From Kineosporiaceae bacterium (lineage in GTDB: Bacteria > Actinomycetota > Actinomycetes > Actinomycetales > Kineosporiaceae): a DNA stretch of 64,000 bases. The translations under genes were made by a program, and so were the position numbers. The stretch spans positions 12,767-76,766 of the forward strand of contig DATDMG010000234.1 in assembly GCA_036518955.1 (NCBI GenBank). Reading direction: 5' to 3'. Of this stretch, positions 29,259 to 36,432 are shown piece after piece. The notes beneath the pieces were generated by a model, which saw only the letters and a program-made list of their open reading frames with translations, was not told the DNA's origin and searched no databases. How positions within the stretch are numbered: the first letter of the stretch is position 1; each line of letters begins with the position of its first letter.

Positions 29259-30446
29259 TCAGGTCACCGTCAGCGAGATCGTTCCGGTCGCGGTGTCCCC
29301 GAACGTCGTCGTCACCGTGTAGGTCACCGTGTCGGAACCGCGGACGTTGTTCTTGCTCTTGTAGGTCACCGTCGACCCACTGAGCGTCACGGTGGCTGAC
29401 GAGGTGCCGGCGACGGCGTAGCTCACGGTCCCGGTCCCGCCGCTGACGTACGGTGCCAGGTCCAACGGGATCGACGTCCCGTGGACCACCGTCACCGCGA
29501 AGGACCCTGCGGTCAGGACCGCGTTGACGTGCACCGTGAACGTGCCGGACGCGGACTGACCGTAGGGATCCGTGATCGTGAACGGGACCGTGAGGTCCGA
29601 ACCGGAGACGTAGCCGCTCGCCGGCGTCACCGTCACCGTGGTGGTGTTCGGCAGCACCGACGCGGTGGCGCCCTGGGTGACGGTCCCGGTCGTCACGCTC
29701 AACGGGGTGGACCCGCTGGCGACCGCCGTCGACAGGTCGACGGTGACGGACGCGTTCGCGGTCGTCGCCACGGTGGGGATCGACCGGAGCACCGGCGGGG
29801 CCGGCCAGGTGGCGTTGGTGGCGTTGACATTGAACGCTGGATCGACGCCGGGATCCACCAGGCTTGCCAGAGCGTACGTGCACGCGCTGCCCGAGCACGA
29901 GGTCCCCGGCCCCTCCGACCACGTCACGAGCACGACGACCCGGTACTCCAGGACCGACGAGGCAGCCTTCGCGGTCGCCCTGACGCAGGCCCCGCCGGCC
30001 GCCGGCCGCCAGCAGGTTCCGATCAGGTTCGTCGAGGTGAAGGTGACGCCGCTGACCGTCCGGGTCGAGGCGAGCGGGACGCCGGGAGCGGAGGAACCGG
30101 TCGCGGTGGTGTCCCACGCCTCGTCGGTCTGGCTCAGGTCGGCGCCTCCCGCCGCCGCCCACTGGGCGTCGACCGCCGCGTGGGTGCGGCCCGCGAGCAG
30201 CGGCGTCCTGCCGCTGGTGTCGGGGACGGCGGAGACCGTGCGCACCAGTTCCATCGTCTCCCCGGCGAAGGCGACGGCGACCTGCCGTCGGTCCAGGCCG
30301 GCGACGTCCTTCACCCCCCGCACGAACAGCCCGAGGACGGCGACCGCGACCATGGCGAGAAGGACGAGCGCAACGATCACCTCGACCAGGGTGAAGCCGG
30401 CGTCCGCCCTGTCGGGCCGTGTCCCCGACCGGGAACGGGCACGCAT
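29259..30446 (-). CDS. Minor pilin (PilV-like prepilin N-terminus) with two C-terminal Ig/cadherin-like repeats
   Basis: Trimmed to ATG 30446 with a GGAGGG SD. N-terminus MRARSRSGTRPDRADA|GFTLVEVIVALVLLAMVAV. C-terminal repeats end in ...DLTVPFTITDPYGQSASGTFTVHVN and ...GSDTVTYTVTTTFGDTATGTISLTVT. Confidence 0.8.
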   Translation of the reverse strand: MRARSRSGTRPDRADAGFTLVEVIVALVLLAMVAVAVLGLFVRGVKDVAGLDRRQVAVAFAGETMELVRTVSAVPDTSGRTPLLAGRTHAAVDAQWAAAGGADLSQTDEAWDTTATGSSAPGVPLASTRTVSGVTFTSTNLIGTCWRPAAGGACVRATAKAASSVLEYRVVVLVTWSEGPGTSCSGSACTYALASLVDPGVDPAFNVNATNATWPAPPVLRSIPTVATTANASVTVDLSTAVASGSTPLSVTTGTVTQGATASVLPNTTTVTVTPASGYVSGSDLTVPFTITDPYGQSASGTFTVHVNAVLTAGSFAVTVVHGTSIPLDLAPYVSGGTGTVSYAVAGTSSATVTLSGSTVTYKSKNNVRGSDTVTYTVTTTFGDTATGTISLTVT

Positions 30447-30479
30447 CCCTCCACCCTCCTCAACCGGGCCGCGCTGGAG

Positions 30480-30522
30480 CGTGACGGTGGACCCCGAGCA
30501 CAGACCGGGGTCCGCCGTCACG
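30480..30522 (-). terminator. Long imperfect stem-loop (8 + 7 bp) directly 3' of pilA; candidate attenuator/terminator
   Basis: Minus strand CGTGACGG-CG-GACCCCG-GTCTGTGCT-CGGGGTC-CA-CCGTCACG starts 6 nt after the pilA TGA and lies upstream of the minor-pilin SD. Confidence 0.5.
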
Positions 30523-30527
30523 GGGGA

Positions 30528-30986
30528 TCAGGAGATCTGGGTGAAGCTGGAGAGGCCGTTGCAGGCTCCGGTCGGCACGGTCGTCGTGGAGCCGTTGGGC
30601 TGAAGGCCGCCGAGCAGGGAGTCGTACCAGAAGAAGCCGCTGGCGTTGGAGCCACCCGCGTTGGACCCGCGAAGGCAGTAGCCGGTGCCGAGGGCGTTCA
30701 CCGCGGCTTCGATCTTGTTGGTGCCGGAGAACTTCACGCTGGCTCCGGTGAAGTCCGTCTTGGTCGTGCTGTAGGCGCTGTGGTCGACGAACCAGGTCTC
30801 CTCGAAGTCCGCCGCCGCCTTGAGGTCGGACTTGATCGAGGTGTCGACCGCCTTCTGCCGCTGATTCAGGAAGACCGGGATCGCGATGGCCGCCAGGATA
30901 CCGATAATGATCATCACGACGAGGAGCTCGATCAGGGTGAAGCCCTGGTCCCTCTCGTCCACCGACGTCCGGATGCGAGCGAGCAT
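30528..30986 (-). CDS. pilA: Type IV major pilin (PilA-like prepilin)
   Basis: Trimmed to ATG 30986 with an AAGGAG SD. MLARIRTSVDERDQ|GFTLIELLVVMIIIGILAAIAIPVFLNQ is a canonical prepilin motif with a 15-aa leader. Two C-terminal Cys (GYCLRG...TGACNG) could form a D-region disulfide. 152 aa. Confidence 0.92.
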   Translation of the reverse strand: MLARIRTSVDERDQGFTLIELLVVMIIIGILAAIAIPVFLNQRQKAVDTSIKSDLKAAADFEETWFVDHSAYSTTKTDFTGASVKFSGTNKIEAAVNALGTGYCLRGSNAGGSNASGFFWYDSLLGGLQPNGSTTTVPTGACNGLSSFTQIS

Positions 30987-31174
30987 GACGCTCCTTGAGG
31001 AAGAGCCTGTGCCGCCGTCCGAAGGGATCACGCGGCCGATGACACTCTCTGCATCGGCACACCCACCTGCGGCTTGAGCAGGAGCACTCGTTCGGAGCAG
31101 CCCGTCATTGCGGCGCGTGAGCGCGCCGGTACGGCCCGCCGCGACAGGGTGCGACGGGAGCGCGGAGCCGGGCG

Positions 31175-32401
31175 TCACTTGATCAGGCTGAACACGTTGA
31201 AGATCGGCATGTACAAAGCGACGATCATGGCCCCCACGATCCCGCCCAGCCCGGCGATCATCAACGGTTCGATCAGGCTGGTCAGGGCCTCGGTGGTGGC
31301 CTCGACCTCCTGGTCGTAGAAATCGGAGATCTTGGCGAGCATGGTGTCCATCGCCCCGGTGTCCTCACCGACGGCGAGCATCTGCACCACCATCGGTGGG
31401 AACACCTCGTGCTCGGCCAGCGGTTCGGCCAGCGTCTCGCCGCGGCGCACGCTCTCCTCGACCGCCTTGGCGGCGTGCCGGATCACGATGTTCCCGCTGG
31501 TGTCGCCGACGATCTCGAGGCTCTGCAGGATCGGGACGCCGGACGCCAGCATCGTGCCGAGGTTGCGGGTGAACCGGCTGATCGCCACCTTGCGGAACAG
31601 TGGCCCGAAGACCGGCAGACGCAGCTTCAGCGGATCCATCACGCGCCGCACCTCCTCCCGGTGCCGCACCCTGCCCCAGCCGATCGCGCCGGCGATCCCG
31701 ACCACGAGCAGGGCCGGGCCCGCCGTCCTGAGCGCGCCGGAGAGGAAGACCAGGACGCGGGTCGGGGCCGGCAGCGTGCCCCCGAGGCTGGCGAACATCT
31801 TCGCGAAGATCGGGACGATGAACAGCAGCATGCCCGTCACCGCGAGCAGAGCGATCACGAACACCACGGTCGGATAGGTCATCGCCGACTTGATCTTTCC
31901 ACGCAGCTTGACCTCGGCCTCCAGGTTCGCCGCCACCTGCAGCAGCACGGCGTCCAGGAACCCACCCACCTCACCCGCCCGGGTCATGTTCACCATCAGC
32001 GGGGGGAAGATGCGCGGGTGACGCGCCAGCGCCGACGACAGCGACTCGCCGGCCTCGACCGCGGACCGGACCTGGCCCAGGGTGGCGGCGAGCACCTTGT
32101 TCTCGGTCTGCTCCGAGAGGATCGCCAGGGCGCGCAGCAGGGACAGCCCGCTGTTGATCATCGTGGCGAACTGGCGGGACATCACGGCGAGGTCCTTGAG
32201 CTTCACCCCCGAACCGAAGGAGAAGGAGATCTCCCGGTTCATCCCGGTGCCGGACTCCTTGATCGAGACCGGGGCGAGGCCGCGGCGCACGAGCTGTTGC
32301 GCGACCGCCTCACGGGACGGCGCCTCGGTCTTGCCGGTGACGAGCTTGCCCTGCTTGTCCCGGACGGAGTACTCGAACGTCTTGGTCGCGGCGGCGGCCA
32401 T
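31175..32401 (-). CDS. pilC: Type IV pilus platform protein PilC (T2SS-F family)
   Basis: Trimmed to ATG 32401, 5 nt after the pilT stop; GTG 32410 is also possible. Two T2SS-F repeats are present (LAVMSRQFATMINSGLSLLRAL... and ...FTRNLGTMLASGVPILQSL...), with a polytopic membrane topology. Confidence 0.92.
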   Translation of the reverse strand: MAAAATKTFEYSVRDKQGKLVTGKTEAPSREAVAQQLVRRGLAPVSIKESGTGMNREISFSFGSGVKLKDLAVMSRQFATMINSGLSLLRALAILSEQTENKVLAATLGQVRSAVEAGESLSSALARHPRIFPPLMVNMTRAGEVGGFLDAVLLQVAANLEAEVKLRGKIKSAMTYPTVVFVIALLAVTGMLLFIVPIFAKMFASLGGTLPAPTRVLVFLSGALRTAGPALLVVGIAGAIGWGRVRHREEVRRVMDPLKLRLPVFGPLFRKVAISRFTRNLGTMLASGVPILQSLEIVGDTSGNIVIRHAAKAVEESVRRGETLAEPLAEHEVFPPMVVQMLAVGEDTGAMDTMLAKISDFYDQEVEATTEALTSLIEPLMIAGLGGIVGAMIVALYMPIFNVFSLIK

Positions 32402-32406
32402 CCCCG

Positions 32407-33708
32407 TCACCCCCGCCCGATCAGGCGCATCAGGTCGTCCCGGTGGTGACACTTCTCGAGCGCGACCTCCACAGTGATCACCCGGCGGCGGACCAGATCG
32501 GCCAGGCTCTGGTCCAGCGTGTGCATCCCGAACTGGGCTCCCGCCTGCAGCGCCGAGTAGACCTGGTGGGTCTTGCCCTCCCGGATCAGGTTGCGCAGTG
32601 CCGGCGTCGCCACCAGCACCTCGGTCGCCGCCACCCGGCCCCGCCCGGACGCCGTCCGGCAGAGCGTCTGGCACACCACCCCTTGCAGCGCGCCCGCCAA
32701 CTGGGTACGCACCTGCTGTTGCTGGTGCGGGGGGAACACGTCGATGACGCGGTCGATGGTCTGGGCGGCGTCCTGGGTGTGCAGGGTGGCGAGCACCAGG
32801 TGACCGGTCTCGGCCGCGGTCAGCGCGACCGAGATGGTCTCCAGGTCCCGCATCTCACCGACCAGCAGGATGTCCGGGTCCTGCCGCAGGGCATGCCGCA
32901 GGGCGTTCGCGAAGGAGTGCGTGTCCTCCCCCACTTCCCGCTGGTTGACCAGGCACGCCTTGTGGTCGTGCAGGAACTCGATCGGGTCCTCGACGGTCAT
33001 GATGTGGTCGTTGCGGGTGCGGTTGGCCAGGTCGACGACCGCGGCGAGCGTCGTCGACTTCCCGGATCCGGTGGGGCCCGTGACCAGCACCAGCCCTCGC
33101 GGCAGCCCGGCGAACGAGCCGACGACCGGCGGCATGCCGAGTTGCTCCAAGGTCTTGATCTCGTACGGGATCCGCCGCAGCGCCGCCCCGATCGCCTCGC
33201 GCTGCCGGTACAGGTTCACCCGGAACCGGGCCTGGTCGGGCAACGAGTACGCCAGGTCCAGCTCGAGATCGGTCTCGAAGCGCTCGCGCTGCTTCTGGGT
33301 GAGGGTGGCGTACAGCGTGCGCTGGATGCCGTCCGGCGTCAGCACGTCGAAGCCGTCCAGCGCGCCGAGGCGACCGTCGACCCGGACCAGGGGCGGCGCG
33401 CCCGCGGCCAGGTGCAGGTCCGAGGCGCCGACGTCGAGCATGCCGCGGAGCATGTCGTCGAGCCGCGCCTGGGCCGGCGCGGGTGCCGGCGGCCGGGTGA
33501 CCGCCGGGCGGGGAACCGGCATCCCCAGCGCCCCGGACGCACCGGTCCGCCCCGCGACCGCGGGGACCGAGCCGGGCGGGCAGGCCGGCTCGTCGCCACC
33601 GGTCGGGTTCATCCACTGGCCCACGGCCTGGGTCGGAGGCTGGCTCAGCGGCTGCTGCTGGGCCACCCGAACCGCCCGCCGACCGCTCTGCTCGCCGGTG
33701 CCGTCCAC
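32407..33708 (-). CDS. pilT: PilT-type (retraction-type) type IV pilus ATPase with a roughly 85-aa Pro/Ala-rich N-terminal extension
   Basis: Walker A GPTGSGKSTT. Also RFRVNLYRQ, DPDILLVGEMRD, TGHLVLATLHT, and the PilT-type tail ALRNLIREGKTHQVYSALQAGAQFGMHTLDQSL. Start set at GTG 33708 because GTGAGGAGAGAC lies just upstream. ATG 33759, 33612 or 33522 are alternatives. Confidence 0.88.
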   Translation of the reverse strand: MDGTGEQSGRRAVRVAQQQPLSQPPTQAVGQWMNPTGGDEPACPPGSVPAVAGRTGASGALGMPVPRPAVTRPPAPAPAQARLDDMLRGMLDVGASDLHLAAGAPPLVRVDGRLGALDGFDVLTPDGIQRTLYATLTQKQRERFETDLELDLAYSLPDQARFRVNLYRQREAIGAALRRIPYEIKTLEQLGMPPVVGSFAGLPRGLVLVTGPTGSGKSTTLAAVVDLANRTRNDHIMTVEDPIEFLHDHKACLVNQREVGEDTHSFANALRHALRQDPDILLVGEMRDLETISVALTAAETGHLVLATLHTQDAAQTIDRVIDVFPPHQQQQVRTQLAGALQGVVCQTLCRTASGRGRVAATEVLVATPALRNLIREGKTHQVYSALQAGAQFGMHTLDQSLADLVRRRVITVEVALEKCHHRDDLMRLIGRG

Positions 33709-33787
33709 GTCTCTCCTCACCGTCGCCGCCCGGGACCCGGGACGCGTCGCTGCAGGCATCGACCGCAACGGCAGGACCCTTGAGTCA

Positions 33788-33807
33788 CCCCCACCCGTGG
33801 GCGGGGG
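33788..33807 (-). terminator. GC hairpin 3' of aroE, separating it from the pil genes
   Basis: Minus strand CCCCCGCCCACGGGTGGGGG starts 8 nt after the aroE TGA. No U-tract follows. Confidence 0.4.
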
Positions 33808-33814
33808 ATGGGCG

Positions 33815-34741
33815 TCAGGCGGGATGCACGGGTGCCGGTCCCTGGTGGCGGGCGAGCAGGGCACGCTCGCCCGCCGCACGCATCGCCTCGACCGGCGGGC
33901 GCATTCCGGTCATCAGGTGCACCTGGCTGTTGGCCTGGTGGGCCAGCATCACGAAACCGCCGACCACCGGCGCCCCGGCCGCGGACCAGGCGTGCGCCAG
34001 GACCGTCGGCCACGGGTCGTAGACGACGTCCAGGAGCACCGGCCGCCGGGAGCCGGCGGCCGCCGCCACGCCGTCCGGGACCAGGGAGTCAGCCACCCCC
34101 ACAGGCAGCGTGCTCACCACCAGGTCGACCTGCTCGACGCTGGTGACCATCGCGGACGCCGTGAACGGCGCCAGCCGGAGCTCCAGGCCGAGCCGGACGG
34201 CGGCGGCCTGCAGGTCCGTGGCGCGCGACGGCGACCGCGCGTGCACGACGGGGTCGGGACACCCCAGTTCCTGCAGCGCGGCGATCGCCGAAGCCGCGGT
34301 CGCCCCGGCACCCAGGACGGCGGCCCGGCGCCGGGGGACCTCCTGACCCGGAGCCTGCGCCCCGTGCACCCCGAGCTCGCCGAAGGCCTGGACCATGCCG
34401 TGCACGTCGGTGTTGAACCCCTCCAGGCCGTCAGGGGCGACCAGCACGGTGTTGACGGCGCCGACAGCCCGGGCGAGGGCGCTCTCCCGGACCAGCAGTG
34501 GCCGGACGGCGCGCTTCAAGGGCATCGTCAGGGACCAACCGGACCAGCCGGGACCGCAGCCGCTCAGGAACGCCGCCAGCCCGGCCTCGTCGACGTCCAC
34601 CGCCTCGTACCGCCAGTCCGGCAGGCCGAGCGCCGCGTAGGCCGCCCGGTGCAGCACCGGGGACAGGGAGTGGGCGATCGGGTGGCCGAGCACCGCGGCG
34701 CGGCGCCCGGCCCGCGGGTACTGCGGGACCTCGACGTTCAC
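33815..34741 (-). CDS. aroE: Shikimate dehydrogenase
   Basis: VLGHPIAHSLSPVLHRAAY, GFNTDVHG and VLGAGATAASA. GTG start lies 4 nt after the mltG stop. Confidence 0.93.
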   Translation of the reverse strand: MNVEVPQYPRAGRRAAVLGHPIAHSLSPVLHRAAYAALGLPDWRYEAVDVDEAGLAAFLSGCGPGWSGWSLTMPLKRAVRPLLVRESALARAVGAVNTVLVAPDGLEGFNTDVHGMVQAFGELGVHGAQAPGQEVPRRRAAVLGAGATAASAIAALQELGCPDPVVHARSPSRATDLQAAAVRLGLELRLAPFTASAMVTSVEQVDLVVSTLPVGVADSLVPDGVAAAAGSRRPVLLDVVYDPWPTVLAHAWSAAGAPVVGGFVMLAHQANSQVHLMTGMRPPVEAMRAAGERALLARHQGPAPVHPA

Positions 34742-34745
34742 GATG

Positions 34746-35885
34746 TCACCGCCCGGGGTGCGCCTTCGCCCACGCGTCGTACTTCTTCTTGATCACTGCG
34801 AACTCCGCCGGCGTGGTGGCGTACTCCGTGTAGCCCGTCTCCGGGTTGGTCGCGACGAAGTACAGCCAGGGCCCGGGCATGGGGTTCAGCACAGCCTGGA
34901 TCGCCGTCGTCCCGGGGTTGTCGATCGGCCCGATCGGCAATCCGGGCACGACGTAGGTGTTGTACGGCGAGTTGACCTGGGTGTCCTTGATCGTGGTGGC
35001 CACGGTGAAGTTCTTCGTGGCGTAGTGGACCGTGGTGTCGAGCTGCAGCCTCATCCCCCTGGCGAGCCGGTTGTCGAACACCCGGGCTATCTTCGGGAAG
35101 TCCGGGGCCAACTTCGCCTCGGCCTGCACCAGGCTCGCCTTGGTCAGAACCGTCTGGCGCTGCGCCGGAGCCACGCCGAGGGAGTCCAGTTCGTCGACGG
35201 TGCGCTTGACCATCTGGCCGAGCAGGTCCTGTGCCGTGGTGGTCGGCTGGACGTCGTAGGTCGCCGGGAAGAGCCACCCCTCGGGGTCGTTCCTGGCCTC
35301 CGCCGGGAGCCCGACCGCCGCCGGCGACCTCAGCGCGGCCTGTAGGTCGGCCAGCGGGATCTTCGTCTGGCCGGCGATCAGGGCCGGGACCTGGGCAGCG
35401 CGGAGCCCTTCCTTGACGGTCACCCGGGTGACCAACCGGTTGGCGTCGTTGAGCAGGGCCGTCACCGCGTCCGCGGAGCGCATCTGCAGCTTCAGCGCGT
35501 AGGTGCCGGGCTGGATCCGGCTGCTCGCCGGGTTCGCCCCGTAGGCCGCGACGAAGCCTTTCACCGTCAGGACGACACCGTTGCCCTGCAGCACTTGGCC
35601 GATCATGGTACCGGTCGCACCGTCAGGGATCGTGACCTCTCTCCGGCCCGTGCCGGGGCCCGGGTAGTCCCTCGGAGCGCTCAGGCTGTCGACCAGGGGC
35701 CGCAGGAACCCGACCCACGCCACCCCGGCGGCCCCGCCCACGACCAGCAGGGCCACCAGGATCATCGCCCAGGTGCGGCGGCGACGCTTCTTGCGGCGCC
35801 GCTCGGTCGTCCTGCGAGACCGGCGTTGCGGTTCGTGCGGAGGCATCCCGGCGACCATGTCCGCCAGAGACAGCTCGTTCCCCAC
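34746..35885 (-). CDS. mltG: Endolytic murein transglycosylase MltG (YceG-like)
   Basis: N-terminal basic region plus TM (WAMILVALLVVGGAAGVAWVGF). Contains EGWLFPATYDV and NSPYNTYVVPGLPIGPIDNPG. Start codon choice is uncertain. Confidence 0.92.
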   Translation of the reverse strand: MGNELSLADMVAGMPPHEPQRRSRRTTERRRKKRRRRTWAMILVALLVVGGAAGVAWVGFLRPLVDSLSAPRDYPGPGTGRREVTIPDGATGTMIGQVLQGNGVVLTVKGFVAAYGANPASSRIQPGTYALKLQMRSADAVTALLNDANRLVTRVTVKEGLRAAQVPALIAGQTKIPLADLQAALRSPAAVGLPAEARNDPEGWLFPATYDVQPTTTAQDLLGQMVKRTVDELDSLGVAPAQRQTVLTKASLVQAEAKLAPDFPKIARVFDNRLARGMRLQLDTTVHYATKNFTVATTIKDTQVNSPYNTYVVPGLPIGPIDNPGTTAIQAVLNPMPGPWLYFVATNPETGYTEYATTPAEFAVIKKKYDAWAKAHPGR

Positions 35886-35906
35886 GGGCAGGCCTCCGGC
35901 TCCAGC

Positions 35907-36398
35907 TCAGCGAGGCAACGGTCCGTCCGGCGCCTCGTCCGGCTCGACGAGCGAGCCGGGTGCCCGCCCGGACGCCCGCTCGGCGTCCAAGGCGGACTGC
36001 AGGATCACCACCGCCGCCACCTGATCGACGACGGGCCGGTGCCTGCGGCCCTTCACCCCAGCCTCTCGCAGCGAACGCTGCGCGGCAACGGTGCTGAGCC
36101 GCTCGTCGACGACCCGCACCGGAACCGGACGCACCCGGCGCGCGATGTCGACAGCGTACTTGCATGCTGCCACGGCTGCAGCGCCCACCTGGCCCGACAG
36201 GCCCCGTGGCAGTCCGACCACCACCTCGATGGCGTCGAATTCCACCACCAGAGCCTCAATTCTGTCCAGGTCCGTCCCACGTCTCGGATCCCTCAGGACG
36301 GTCTCGACAGGTGTGGCGAGGAAGCCGGAGGGATCGCTCCGGGCCACCCCGACACGGACGGTGCCGACGTCGACACCGATCCGCACTCCCCGCCGCAT
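35907..36398 (-). CDS. ruvX: Putative pre-16S rRNA nuclease / Holliday junction resolvase-like RuvX (YqgF)
   Basis: Trimmed to ATG 36398; an in-frame GTG at 36422 is possible. MRRGVRIGVDVGTVRVGVARSDPSGFLATPVETV...VVGLPRGLSG...VDERLSTV. Confidence 0.9.
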   Translation of the reverse strand: MRRGVRIGVDVGTVRVGVARSDPSGFLATPVETVLRDPRRGTDLDRIEALVVEFDAIEVVVGLPRGLSGQVGAAAVAACKYAVDIARRVRPVPVRVVDERLSTVAAQRSLREAGVKGRRHRPVVDQVAAVVILQSALDAERASGRAPGSLVEPDEAPDGPLPR

Positions 36399-36432
36399 GA
36401 CGGGCCCGCCGTCGTCGGCCACCGACGCGGTG

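Noticed and set aside
30987-31174. Sigma-54 (GG-N10-GC) promoter upstream of pilA, as in Pseudomonas
   Set aside because: No TGGCAC-N5-TTGC-like element was seen, and Actinomycetota generally lack RpoN.
22603-33814. Mobile genetic island carrying the pil genes
   Set aside because: I found no integrase, transposase, tRNA or flanking direct repeats. The borders are ordinary short spacers next to aroC and aroE. Vertical inheritance is the better reading.
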